Shown piece by piece: positions 8,921 through 18,580 of a stretch of 64,000 bases of DNA (within the stretch, counting starts at the first letter, position 1; each line of letters opens with the position of its first letter). This stretch comes from Opitutales bacterium (GTDB taxonomy: Bacteria; Verrucomicrobiota; Verrucomicrobiia; Opitutales; Seribacteraceae). The DNA is taken from contig JAQXBH010000093.1 in assembly GCA_029252505.1 (NCBI GenBank), forward strand, positions 526 to 64,525, written 5' to 3'. The notes under the pieces are model-generated. The model was not told the DNA's origin. It saw only the letters and a list, made by a program, of their open reading frames with translations, and searched no databases. Position numbers and translations under genes: made by a program.

Positions 8921-9550
8921 CTAGAATGGATTAACCACCGAAGCGATTTTCTGGTACCAACTCTCTTTCTGAGCATCGTTTAAACTCCCCTTCGATACAA
9001 ATTCGATTTGAGCATCAGCAATATATTGGGAGGAAACGATATTACGGTATCTTAAACCCTCCCGAAATCCTGCACCTATATCTTCTTGCCTGACCATTCC
9101 TTTTAACACTGCGTAGTAACTTTCTCCGGAAAATGTAACCATCCGAGCTCCCTCCAAAACAAGAACACCATTTGGTAAAACATCAATTACAACAACACTA
9201 ACCCGTCCCTTCAAGTCCTGAGTATTAGCAATAGACCCACCGCCTTTATTACTGCTTTTTGATTCAATTTCAGTTCCGGGCAGTCCGCCATTGTGGGTAC
9301 CCATTTTACTATTAGCAAAAAGAAATTGTTTAACGGCGTTCTCGACCTGAGATTGTCGGTTACGAACAGAATTTTGAGAGGCGGCAAGGGAGGAACTTTC
9401 TCCCACATCAATAGTAATTAAATCACCAACAGAAAAAGAGCGCTTGTCACCGTACAAACCTCTTTGGTTGTTAGTGCTCTTCATCCACAAAGAAACGCCA
9501 AAAGTAATATTAACGAGAATTAAAAAGAGAAATGTAATAAAAAACTTCAT
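8921..9550 (-). CDS. flgH: Flagellar L-ring protein FlgH
   Basis: LYGDKRSFSVGDLITI, VIDVLPNGVLVLEG, GMVRQEDI, C-terminal NPF. Confidence 0.95.
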   Translation of the reverse strand: MKFFITFLFLILVNITFGVSLWMKSTNNQRGLYGDKRSFSVGDLITIDVGESSSLAASQNSVRNRQSQVENAVKQFLFANSKMGTHNGGLPGTEIESKSSNKGGGSIANTQDLKGRVSVVVIDVLPNGVLVLEGARMVTFSGESYYAVLKGMVRQEDIGAGFREGLRYRNIVSSQYIADAQIEFVSKGSLNDAQKESWYQKIASVVNPF

Positions 9551-9553
9551 AAA

Positions 9554-10381
9554 TTATAGATGTACCTTAACGCTGTTTTCGTTGAGAACTTTTGCTTGGA
9601 ATTCTTTCTTAGATGAAAGATTTTTGACAGTAACATTGCCCCCTGATACTCCATCCTCGAGCGCCATTCCTTTCATCGTAACATAAATTCCATTCCCTGA
9701 GGCAAACACATCAACTATTTGACCTTTCTTGACCAAGGTAACTTTTGATAAAAAATTCCATTTGATGGGAGTGTTGGATTTTACATTCGATGCAAGTTGG
9801 TAACCCTTTAAGTTAGCATTGGCAGGTACAGTACCTGCATGTTTTTTCAAAATATCGACCGGTCTTTTGTCAAACTGATTAGAATTAAGACGGGCTCCTC
9901 GCTGCAAGGGTGACTTAGAAAAGAAAACATCAACAAAATGACCAATTCTTAAAGGTTCAGCAAAATCACCAACTAGATTACCCCTATCCCAGACACTAAA
10001 ACGAGTAAATGTACTGGAACAAAGTTGATCGGGCGAGCAATCAGAGATTTTGATCAAATAAGTAGAGCTGACCTTTATGGGAGTCCACTCTCTAGTTAAA
10101 AAAGCTACCACTCTTCCAGAAGCTTGGTACCGATGTGCAATGCTCTCCCCCAATCTCTGCTCCAAGATTTCACGGGATAAAGTAATTGTAGAAGGTGAAA
10201 TTACTGTATCCTCAGCGTAAGATCTTAGAGAAGCGGGTCTAGAAGAAATAAAGGCAGACGACTTGGTGTACACTTTTATTTGGCTTCCTGCTCTCGGTAA
10301 ATCAAGAGAATCAATAAATCTACTTACATCAGCAAGTAGAAAGCTGATTGGTAAAAATAGAAACAAAAATGAAAATCTCAT
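9554..10381 (-). CDS. flgA: P-ring formation chaperone FlgA
   Basis: Signal peptide, SAF-like region, LVKKGQIV...GMALEDG...VKNLSSKK. Confidence 0.92.
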   Translation of the reverse strand: MRFSFLFLFLPISFLLADVSRFIDSLDLPRAGSQIKVYTKSSAFISSRPASLRSYAEDTVISPSTITLSREILEQRLGESIAHRYQASGRVVAFLTREWTPIKVSSTYLIKISDCSPDQLCSSTFTRFSVWDRGNLVGDFAEPLRIGHFVDVFFSKSPLQRGARLNSNQFDKRPVDILKKHAGTVPANANLKGYQLASNVKSNTPIKWNFLSKVTLVKKGQIVDVFASGNGIYVTMKGMALEDGVSGGNVTVKNLSSKKEFQAKVLNENSVKVHL

Positions 10382-10384
10382 CAA

Positions 10385-11167
10385 TTATCTTTTCAACTGA
10401 TTCACACGGGAAAGCATATCATCAGAAGTTTGAATAGATTTGGAATTTATTTCATATGCTCTTTGCGCAATGATCATATTTACCATTTCTTCGACAACAT
10501 TAACATTGGACATCTCTAAGTATCCTTGTTGTAAAACTCCAAAACCATTTTCACCAGGAGCACCAATCTCAGGGGCCCCACTGGCTTCGGTTTCAATAAA
10601 AAGATTACCACCAGTGGCCTTGAGTCCAGCGGAATTAGGAAAACGAACTAACTCCAGCTGGCCAATAATTTGAGTACCATCTGCCGTTTCCACAGAAACC
10701 TCTCCAGTCGGTGAGACAAAAACATTAGTTACTTCAGGATCAATTTGCAAGCCTGCGGCAAGTGGTAAAGCGTCCGCGGTCGTAATCTGACCGTCAGGAC
10801 CGACCTTGAAAGCACCATCACGAGTGTAGGCTTCGGTACCATCAGGTTTTTCTACTTGAAAGAAACCCGTTCCATCAATCGCAATATCCATTTTTTCGCC
10901 ACTTTGAGTAAGCTGGCCTTGTGTGAAAATTTTAGCAGTTGAAACTACCTTGGTACCATTTCCCATCTCAACACCGGTAGGCACCACATTACCCGCACCA
11001 GTCTGACCGCCGGATTGTCGTGGGTTTTGATAAAGAAGATCCTGGAACTCAATCTTGTTTTTCTTGTAACCCGTCGTGTTCACATTCGCGATATTATTTG
11101 AAATAACATTCAAGTTCATTTGTTGTGCCTGCATTCCTGTGGCACCTGAGTATAATGATAAGTTCAT
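10385..11167 (-). CDS. flgG: Distal rod protein FlgG
   Basis: SNNIANVNTTGYKK, FQDLLYQ, YTRDG, QGYLEMSNVNVVEEMVNMIIAQRAYEINSK; 260 aa. Confidence 0.97.
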   Translation of the reverse strand: MNLSLYSGATGMQAQQMNLNVISNNIANVNTTGYKKNKIEFQDLLYQNPRQSGGQTGAGNVVPTGVEMGNGTKVVSTAKIFTQGQLTQSGEKMDIAIDGTGFFQVEKPDGTEAYTRDGAFKVGPDGQITTADALPLAAGLQIDPEVTNVFVSPTGEVSVETADGTQIIGQLELVRFPNSAGLKATGGNLFIETEASGAPEIGAPGENGFGVLQQGYLEMSNVNVVEEMVNMIIAQRAYEINSKSIQTSDDMLSRVNQLKR

Positions 11168-11188
11168 AAATTATTTGATTAGTTTCAG

Positions 11189-11950
11189 TTATTGAGTCTG
11201 TCCTAAAGTTCCGATTGCTTTTCCTAAGTTTTGATCAAAAGTTTGTATCATTTTTTGGTTTGCTTCATGAGCACGAGACACCTCAATGAGACCGATCATT
11301 TCTTCAATTGCAGATACATTACTAGATTCTAGGTAGCCTTGCATGACAGTAAATTGTGTTGGGTCTGATACCTCTGGTTGTAACTCGGGATCTTTCGCGA
11401 CAAATCCACCTCCAACCTTCTGTAAATCCATCAAAGGGTCCTCAAATGTAAAGACTCCTACTTTTCCGATGTTTTGATTCCCTTGAAAGACTTGGCCTTC
11501 TTTATCAATAGTTAAATCGCCGCCACCCGGAATAGTTTGAATTGTAGCACCCCCATCATCTGAAAATTGATGCCCCATGCTGTTTACCATTACCCCCTGA
11601 GAATCAACATAAAATTGACCATCGCGTGTATAAACAGAATCACCGTTCTGATTAAGCAATGCAAAAAATCCATCTCCCCTTAATGCTAAGTCCATGGGGT
11701 TATTTGTTTCCTTCATCTCACCTTCGTTGTAATCAACTTGATTCTTCATTACAGGAAAAGAACCGGGCATCTCATTCCGAAGGCGATCATGAGTGCTTCT
11801 TGCGATTTCGCCGCCCTCCACTGCCTCGAAACTTACCGCTACCTTCTTAAAGCCCGCAACATGGCTAGCAGCAATATTATTTGCAATGACATTTTGGTAC
11901 TGCTCAAGTCCTCTTAAAGCAGAAGCGTTTTCGTAGAGAGATAAATTCAC
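11189..11950 (-). CDS. flgF: Proximal rod protein FlgF
   Basis: ANNIAA, YTRDGQF, QGYLESSNV; upstream of flgG. Confidence 0.92.
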   Translation of the reverse strand: MNLSLYENASALRGLEQYQNVIANNIAASHVAGFKKVAVSFEAVEGGEIARSTHDRLRNEMPGSFPVMKNQVDYNEGEMKETNNPMDLALRGDGFFALLNQNGDSVYTRDGQFYVDSQGVMVNSMGHQFSDDGGATIQTIPGGGDLTIDKEGQVFQGNQNIGKVGVFTFEDPLMDLQKVGGGFVAKDPELQPEVSDPTQFTVMQGYLESSNVSAIEEMIGLIEVSRAHEANQKMIQTFDQNLGKAIGTLGQTQ

Positions 11951-11961
11951 GCTTCCATGAA

Positions 11962-11977
11962 AGCAAAAAACATGCCA
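11962..11977 (-). promoter_or_regulatory. sigma54 (-24/-12) promoter of the flgF-flgL operon
   Basis: Minus strand TGGCAT-GTTTT-TTGCT against consensus TGGCAC-N5-TTGCW. Confidence 0.85.
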
Positions 11978-12020
11978 AGTGACATGTTTTTATCAAAGTC
12001 AGGAATGTAGAAAGAAAAAG

Positions 12021-12296
12021 TCAGTATTCACACTTGATGTCAATTACTCGACCGTCCGGTATGTGTACTAACAAATTGGAGGGAATCCCCTCCACCGAAA
12101 CAACTTCAATTTTTATACCGCTCTCGTCTGTATGAATAACGTCAGTTTGAGCATCAATCTCAGCTTGGGTCTCCTCAAGCGGTGGGACTGAAGAGTGCTG
12201 TTTACTTGGGTCAGCCAAATAAGGACTGAATGAGTCTGACTTTTCAGACTCGATATTATCGATGTTGGAACCTCGCCCAGATAAATAACTCTGCAT
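12021..12296 (-). CDS. Small acidic hypothetical protein in the flagellar cluster
   Basis: 91-aa ORF filling the motB-flgF gap, with its own sigma54-like promoter and a beta-rich C-terminus IEVVSVEGIPSNLLVHIPDGRVIDIKCEY. Confidence 0.75.
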   Translation of the reverse strand: MQSYLSGRGSNIDNIESEKSDSFSPYLADPSKQHSSVPPLEETQAEIDAQTDVIHTDESGIKIEVVSVEGIPSNLLVHIPDGRVIDIKCEY

Positions 12297-12307
12297 AATT
12301 AATTCTT

Positions 12308-12323
12308 AGCAGTTTGCATACCG
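12308..12323 (-). promoter_or_regulatory. sigma54-like promoter of the 91-aa gene
   Basis: Minus strand CGGTAT-GCAAA-CTGCT (GG-N10-GC), at the same distance from the start codon as the flgF promoter. Confidence 0.65.
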
Positions 12324-12333
12324 TTATTCAAAC

Positions 12334-13140
12334 CTATTGGTACTGGGCGAGATCTTCCTTGCTCATATCCAAGACGAGACTTAACTCAACTCGACGATTT
12401 TTTTCGGGTTGATTGGGATAACGGATATCATTTGGCTTTGTTGAACCATGCCCTGTAATCCTCTCCAACTTTCCATCCAACTCCCCTGCCGAATAATGAA
12501 CCAATGCATCAGTAACTTCAGCACCTTGCTCCAATGACATTGTCCATGCATTAGAGGTTGTTGTATTTCTTTTACCATCAGTTAAATGATTCGTGTGAGA
12601 ATCGACTCGGTACACTAAAACATGCTGTGCAAGCAACCATGACATTCGTTGCATTACTTTTCGACCGTGATTGGTAAGTTCAGAGGAGGAAGGAGCAAAA
12701 AGTGGTTTCTCATCACCATGAAATAATGTAACTTTTAATCCTTCTGATGTAGCTTCTATCTGCATAGTTGAATCATCAATCTCATGAAGTTTCAGCCTTT
12801 CAAACCAATCTTGGGCAATTCGATGTAGAACATCAATATCTATGGATGTAGTATCATCTGTATTCCTCATTGTGGTATCAGATCTTCCCACAATTTGATC
12901 AACCATACTTCCTGGACGAGCGTCTTTTTGCTCTACAGGGGTGGATTTAGGAACACCTGCTTTGTAAGGATCTCGAAAGAATCGAGTCGTTGCAATTATT
13001 ACCTCCTCGTCTTGGGACAAGATCCAAAGAACGAGAAACAAAGACATCATTCCGGTAACAAAGTCGGCGTAGGCAACTTTCCAGGCTCCTCCATGACTAC
13101 CTGACAAAAGAGGTTTCCGACGATTTTTGATTGTAAACAT
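12334..13140 (-). CDS. motB: Flagellar stator protein MotB
   Basis: WKVAYADFVTGMMSLFLVLW transmembrane motif with the catalytic Asp; OmpA-like C-domain ending NRRVEL. Confidence 0.95.
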   Translation of the reverse strand: MFTIKNRRKPLLSGSHGGAWKVAYADFVTGMMSLFLVLWILSQDEEVIIATTRFFRDPYKAGVPKSTPVEQKDARPGSMVDQIVGRSDTTMRNTDDTTSIDIDVLHRIAQDWFERLKLHEIDDSTMQIEATSEGLKVTLFHGDEKPLFAPSSSELTNHGRKVMQRMSWLLAQHVLVYRVDSHTNHLTDGKRNTTTSNAWTMSLEQGAEVTDALVHYSAGELDGKLERITGHGSTKPNDIRYPNQPEKNRRVELSLVLDMSKEDLAQYQ

Positions 13141-13161
13141 TTTACTGAGAAAAGTATAAAA

Positions 13162-14022
13162 TCAACCGCCTTTTGCGGCATCCTTACATTTTTCCTCTAA
13201 CTCATCAGCGGAAGGCTGTATTAGGTTATCTAAAGAACGTCGCCCTATTTCAACTGCCATGATTGGCGACAAACCAGTTGCAAAACCTGATACTGATCTT
13301 TCTACAATATGATAGTAAAGAAATTCTTGTGTTTGGTTTAACGATACTAATCGGCCAAGAGGTATCCCGATACCATATGCAAGAAAAATACCAAGGAAAG
13401 TACCGCTCAATGCGGCTGCAACCTTTGCCCCAACAGAAGAAGGATCTTCCAAGTTAGACATGGTATTAATAATTCCTAGTACAGCTGCTACAATGCCAAC
13501 TCCTGGTAATGCATCAGAGATCATTTCAATTGCTTTAATTGATCTTCCCGCCTCCGCTTCTCTACTATTTAATTCAGCCTTAAGGATGCCTCCAATTTCA
13601 GCTGGTTTACACCTACCATCGACTATTGGACGAAGTGAATTACATAAAAACTCGACTAATCCAGCATCATTCAAAAAGGAAGGATATTTTGTAAAAATAG
13701 AGCTGTTTTGTGGATCACTTACATGCTCGTCTAATGCAGGTGTACCTTTTCTTCGACCCAGCATAAATAATTCATACAACAAAACTAATAAATCAATAAA
13801 CTTCTCTTTACTTGCAATACCTCCCTTAAAAGCCTTCAGAATATCAATCTTGAGCCCAATCAACACACTTGTAGGACTAGAAACCACAAGTATTCCAAGA
13901 CCAATACCACAAATGATCATAATCTCACCAGCATGAACAAGTGAAATCGGATTTCCTCCAGAAACAACAAAACCTCCAATACAGGAGACGAAAACAATGA
14001 CCATTCCTAGGGCTAGTAACAT
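13162..14022 (-). CDS. motA: Flagellar stator protein MotA
   Basis: DALPGVGIVAAVLGIINTM, AALSGTFLGIFLAYG, AVEIGRR. Confidence 0.96.
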   Translation of the reverse strand: MLLALGMVIVFVSCIGGFVVSGGNPISLVHAGEIMIICGIGLGILVVSSPTSVLIGLKIDILKAFKGGIASKEKFIDLLVLLYELFMLGRRKGTPALDEHVSDPQNSSIFTKYPSFLNDAGLVEFLCNSLRPIVDGRCKPAEIGGILKAELNSREAEAGRSIKAIEMISDALPGVGIVAAVLGIINTMSNLEDPSSVGAKVAAALSGTFLGIFLAYGIGIPLGRLVSLNQTQEFLYYHIVERSVSGFATGLSPIMAVEIGRRSLDNLIQPSADELEEKCKDAAKGG

Positions 14023-14036
14023 AGTAAGTAGATATT

Positions 14037-14867
14037 TTAAAGTAGAGATTGAAAGTGCGCTCGGAGTGCTAACACTGAATGGGATAGAATTTGACTAATT
14101 CGTCCTTCTGACAACCCAAAAATATGAGCAATTTCAGAAAGTTTTAATTCTTCATAATAATATAACATGAGAATCTTTTTTTGGGGATCCGGTAACTCCT
14201 TAATTTTGTCCCTAAGCAGAAGGACTTTTTCTCGATACTCGGTCTTATCCAAAGCATCTTGCTCGGTAGGATCGGAGATGGTCTCCGATAATGGAGTAGA
14301 ATCACCATCTGGGGAGCTTGCATGAACCGGGCCGTCAATAGGAATAAAAGTGATGGGTTGAGTTTCCTTTAATAAAACCTCGTATTCAGACTGGGATAAT
14401 TTCAATTCAGTTTTCACTTCCTCCACACTAACAGGACGCTTTAACCGAGACTCCATTTCAGAAATGGTCGACTGCAAAGATCTTGCTTTAGCTCGGTTTG
14501 CACGAGGCAAACAATCAATTTTACGAAGCTCATCAAGAAGGGATCCCTTAATTCTAAGTGCTGCGTAATTCCCAAAAGATTTTCCTTTTGATGGATTAAA
14601 CTGGTTTACTGACACTATTAAAGCCTTAACCGCAATGCCATACATATCCTCAATTTCATAATGATCTGGAAAGTGAAAACGCATACGGGAAACGGTTGAT
14701 TTGACTAACGGTAAGTAGTCTTCAATCAACTGATCTCTTGATTTTTCATCTGACATCGCGACTCTATATTTTTCGGCAGCCTCTTTCATACGCACAGAAG
14801 AAGAGGCAGAGAATTCAGAATCTGACTTTATCTTTTTAATATTTTGTGCGCTCATCTTGTAATGCAA
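14037..14867 (-). CDS. fliA: Flagellar sigma factor FliA (sigma28)
   Basis: YLPLVK, YAALRIKGSLLDELRKID, LYYYEELKLSEIAHIFGLSEGRISQI; the true start may be a later ATG. Confidence 0.95.
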   Translation of the reverse strand: MHYKMSAQNIKKIKSDSEFSASSSVRMKEAAEKYRVAMSDEKSRDQLIEDYLPLVKSTVSRMRFHFPDHYEIEDMYGIAVKALIVSVNQFNPSKGKSFGNYAALRIKGSLLDELRKIDCLPRANRAKARSLQSTISEMESRLKRPVSVEEVKTELKLSQSEYEVLLKETQPITFIPIDGPVHASSPDGDSTPLSETISDPTEQDALDKTEYREKVLLLRDKIKELPDPQKKILMLYYYEELKLSEIAHIFGLSEGRISQILSHSVLALRAHFQSLL

Positions 14868-14872
14868 GTATG

Positions 14873-15190
14873 CTAAACTTGAGCGTCAACCATGCGGTTG
14901 GCAGTTGTTGAAGCCTCGTTCATTGCAGCGGTAGCCAAATTAGTAGGGTCATTTTCAGTAGATAATGATAAATCTCTCGGATCAATTGGGTTGGTATTTG
15001 AATCTACAATATTTCCATTTAAAATAAAGCTTAATAAAATCCTGCCACAAACTGCAAAAAAGAGACATCCGAAAGAACTTTGCACAAGAGCAGTTAAAAG
15101 ATCGTTAGTGATAATGATTCCAAGCATAAAAAAAAGAACGAATCCGATAAAACCGCTTAAACAAAAGAAAAACTTTGCATCATTATTCAT
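14873..15190 (-). CDS. Small two-TM membrane protein between flhF and fliA
   Basis: 105 aa, two hydrophobic helices then a polar tail; tightly packed in the operon. Confidence 0.75.
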   Translation of the reverse strand: MNNDAKFFFCLSGFIGFVLFFMLGIIITNDLLTALVQSSFGCLFFAVCGRILLSFILNGNIVDSNTNPIDPRDLSLSTENDPTNLATAAMNEASTTANRMVDAQV

Positions 15191-15192
15191 AA

Positions 15193-16359
15193 CTAAATGT
15201 TTCGGTAAGATGAGAAACCTCTCGCATAGAGTTCTTCAGGAAAGGTGCGAGAAATCATTTGATTGAGAACATTAGTGCTGAAATCACCAGTTACATTTTG
15301 TCCATTGCATATGCATAGTGGAGAAAGATTATTACGCAAAAGTAAAGGCCACAACTTGGTCGAATTGGAGAGCTCATCAAAATGAGTAAGGGCAAGATGA
15401 GTCGCCCCGATGTTATTACCGAGATTGATTGACTTACTCAAAACCTGTTTGTCATAGGCTGCGTTAAGAACCAACACTCGAGTTTTGACATTAAGATCAT
15501 CCAACACCTCCTGTGTCCTACTCCACTCATCTGCTTGCCCCAGAGATAAGCCAGGAAAATCGAGATACAGTGGAGAATCCATTGAACTATCTGGAGTTTT
15601 ATTGGACTCCCTGTAGAGAGTTACTCCAACGACTTCACAAAAAATTCTTAGGGCGTCATCAGGGTTGGGTACGCCGTTCTCAACCTTAAGTACATTGGGA
15701 GTCTTTTTATTCATGAAAACCTCATGAGCGAGAAATTTACATAAAGTTGTTGTTTTGCCAACGCCTGGAGCACCGATTAACGCGATTCGGTCATCGGTAG
15801 GTTCTACTTTCAAAGAACGAAAGCGATCAGAAAGTCCGATGGTAATTTCTTTGAGGGACTCGGCAAGAGAAAGGTCTTTAATCGAATTCCAATTTGACCA
15901 CGAGCTAATATCACTCAACAATTGGGAATCAAAACCGGTCTTTGCTAAAATTTTAAAAGAATCGCTTTCAACGGAGTCAGTAAGAATATCTTCTTCTGTC
16001 GCGGTTGGTATGCTAGATTCATTTGTACTAGGTTTAACTGAAGGTGATGCAGATGGAGCAACAGATGGAGAATTGACTTCAGAGTTTGCAATTTGATCTT
16101 TTGGGTTATCCAAGTTTTCGGTTTCAACCAATTGATCTTCGGGGGGAATTTCGGCAATAACTTCGAGCTTAGGCGAAGAAATAAATTTTTTCAACCCTTC
16201 TCCCCCAACTTGCCGAACTGACAAAACCCGAGCTTTATCCCCCAGTTTTTCTCTGATTACGCGAACTGCCTCTTCTGCAGATTTGACAGTTAATCGAAAT
16301 CGTTTACCTGCCTTTGTACCTGAATGATTATCGGTTAAGGTTTCCATTTTATGCGGCAA
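15193..16359 (-). CDS. flhF: SRP-family GTPase FlhF (divergent)
   Basis: N-terminal AEEAVRVIREKLGDKARVLSVRQV, P-loop GAPGVGKTTT, GQNV; follows flhA. Confidence 0.9.
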   Translation of the reverse strand: MPHKMETLTDNHSGTKAGKRFRLTVKSAEEAVRVIREKLGDKARVLSVRQVGGEGLKKFISSPKLEVIAEIPPEDQLVETENLDNPKDQIANSEVNSPSVAPSASPSVKPSTNESSIPTATEEDILTDSVESDSFKILAKTGFDSQLLSDISSWSNWNSIKDLSLAESLKEITIGLSDRFRSLKVEPTDDRIALIGAPGVGKTTTLCKFLAHEVFMNKKTPNVLKVENGVPNPDDALRIFCEVVGVTLYRESNKTPDSSMDSPLYLDFPGLSLGQADEWSRTQEVLDDLNVKTRVLVLNAAYDKQVLSKSINLGNNIGATHLALTHFDELSNSTKLWPLLLRNNLSPLCICNGQNVTGDFSTNVLNQMISRTFPEELYARGFSSYRNI

Positions 16360-18574
16360 CAGGAATATCCTGAGGATCTCTTGGTGTATTAGATTCTTCC
16401 ATTGCTGAAATTATGTCGGGGGGTAAAGATTGCGCTTCCAGTGCAATTGCTCCAAAAGGCTCGATTTGTGTTTCAGTAGGCAACTCTTGATAAGCGAGTA
16501 CTACTAGTTGGGGGTAAGACGGTTCCATGAACCTCCGGAAGGCAAGCCGTAATTCAGTAGTAGTAACAATAATTGGAGAAAGTCCACGCTCCGTCATTTC
16601 CTTAATTTTAGGCTCGATTTCGCGAATAATCCCCTCCGTTAAATTGGGGTCCATTACCAGTCCGATATCAAACTGACTACGCTTCACTCGACTGATGAGG
16701 GTTTGTTCGAGTCTAGGCTCAAATGTCATGGCCAGTAATTTATCCGTTTCCACCTCGTACTCTTTAACAAAATACATGCCTAATCTTTTCCTCGCTTGCT
16801 CGGATAGATCATCAGGATTTTTAGTAATGGCAGCCATGTCTGCAATTGTTTCCAATACAATAGTTAAGTTTTTAATTGGGATTCTCTCTCTCAGTAAGTT
16901 TTGTAATGTTCTTTGGATAATTCCAACATTTACCAAATCTGGCAGAAGTTCACTTACTAAAGTTGGGTTTTTATCTTTTATCAGATCAAGTAGCCTTTGC
17001 GTTCCTTCTCGTTCTAATATTAAATAGGCAATCCTCTTTAGAACATCAGCCAAATGAGTTACGAGAACCGATGAAGGATCCACTACCGTACAACCCTCGA
17101 TTTCCGCATTCCGCCTTTCCTCGTCCGGAATCCACATCGCTTGAATACCAAAAACAGGCTCAATAGTTGGAATACCATTTAATTTCCCGGCATCTCCTCC
17201 TCCCATACTCATCGCCAAAACACGATCGGGCATTATGGTGGAACGAATAATTTCTTTACCACGCAACAAAAACCGATATTCGTTTGGCTCTAATTCGATA
17301 TTATCTCTCACCCCAATGGTAGGGAGTAGCATTCCCATCTCTCTAGCAAAATTTGTTCTTGCACCGGTAATTCTGTCCAGTAAGTCGCCGCCCTTCTTCT
17401 TGTCTGCTAAGACAAGTAATCCATATCCCATTTCTAGCCCAAAGACTTCCTGCTCAATTGCATTCTCCATAGGAGATAATTTATTTTCTTGGCCATCCTC
17501 GGGATTGAGAGCAGAAGTTTGTTGCGGGGCACCACCAGGTGTTGGTTGAGAAGATCCAGCAGTTTGTCCAATTTCATCGAATTCAGATTCCTCAGATGAT
17601 GCAACTTTTGAGTAATGATAAGCGGCACCAAAACATACCATAGAGAGTATGAAAAATGGCCAAAATGTTTCGGAAAGGAAAAATGCGAACAACAGAAGCA
17701 TGCAACCTGCAATCCCAATGGCACGGGGATATACAGTTAATTGCTTTCCTACAAATTCTCCAAGATTCGCTTCTTCCGACGATCGGGTAACAAGAATACC
17801 TGCGGCAATAGAGATAATAATTGCCGGTACTTGACTGACCAAACCATCACCGATTGAAAGAATAGTGTATTTCTCAAGAGAGCCCACAATTGTCATTTCT
17901 TTCTGAAAATAACCAATCAGAATGCCACCAATAATGTTAACAACTGTAATAAATATACCTGCAACTGCATCTCCCCGTACAAATTTACTCGCTCCATCCA
18001 TTGAACCATAAAAATCAGCATCTTTCTGAATTTTTTCTCGCTTGGACAAAGCTTCGGCTTCTGTAATTACTCCGGAATTCATTTCCGCATCAATTGACAT
18101 CTGCTTACCTGGCATTGCATCCAAGGTAAATCTTGCAGTCACTTCAGCAATTCGGCCAGCACCTTTCGTAATTACAACGAAATTAATGATAACTAGAATT
18201 AGAAATATCACCGTACCGACCACATAATTTCCACCTACCACAAATGTTCCAAAAGATTCGATCACAGAACCTGCGTCTCCATCCAATAAAATCAACCGTG
18301 TGGATGCGACATTCAAACCTAGCCTGTAAAGTGTTACCGATAGTAACAACGTCGGGAAAACGGAAAATTCAGGCGGATCTTTGACATAGATCACGGTAAG
18401 CAGTATGAGCAGAGAAATTGCGATGCTTACAACGAGGAGAATACTTAATATATCTTTGTGTACTGGGACGACTAAAAGTAAGACAGCCCCAAAAAGTCCA
18501 AAAACAAAGCCTAAATCTGAATTACCGCTAAAACGGCCAAGATTTGATTTAAATTTCTGAAACAAATCGTTCAT
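16349..18574 (-). CDS. flhA: Flagellar export apparatus protein FlhA
   Basis: RLGLNVASTRLIL, RIAEVTARFTLDAMPGKQM, FYGSMDGASKFVRGDA. Confidence 0.98.
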   Translation of the reverse strand: MNDLFQKFKSNLGRFSGNSDLGFVFGLFGAVLLLVVPVHKDILSILLVVSIAISLLILLTVIYVKDPPEFSVFPTLLLSVTLYRLGLNVASTRLILLDGDAGSVIESFGTFVVGGNYVVGTVIFLILVIINFVVITKGAGRIAEVTARFTLDAMPGKQMSIDAEMNSGVITEAEALSKREKIQKDADFYGSMDGASKFVRGDAVAGIFITVVNIIGGILIGYFQKEMTIVGSLEKYTILSIGDGLVSQVPAIIISIAAGILVTRSSEEANLGEFVGKQLTVYPRAIGIAGCMLLLFAFFLSETFWPFFILSMVCFGAAYHYSKVASSEESEFDEIGQTAGSSQPTPGGAPQQTSALNPEDGQENKLSPMENAIEQEVFGLEMGYGLLVLADKKKGGDLLDRITGARTNFAREMGMLLPTIGVRDNIELEPNEYRFLLRGKEIIRSTIMPDRVLAMSMGGGDAGKLNGIPTIEPVFGIQAMWIPDEERRNAEIEGCTVVDPSSVLVTHLADVLKRIAYLILEREGTQRLLDLIKDKNPTLVSELLPDLVNVGIIQRTLQNLLRERIPIKNLTIVLETIADMAAITKNPDDLSEQARKRLGMYFVKEYEVETDKLLAMTFEPRLEQTLISRVKRSQFDIGLVMDPNLTEGIIREIEPKIKEMTERGLSPIIVTTTELRLAFRRFMEPSYPQLVVLAYQELPTETQIEPFGAIALEAQSLPPDIISAMEESNTPRDPQDIPVAA

Positions 18575-18580
18575 TACAAA

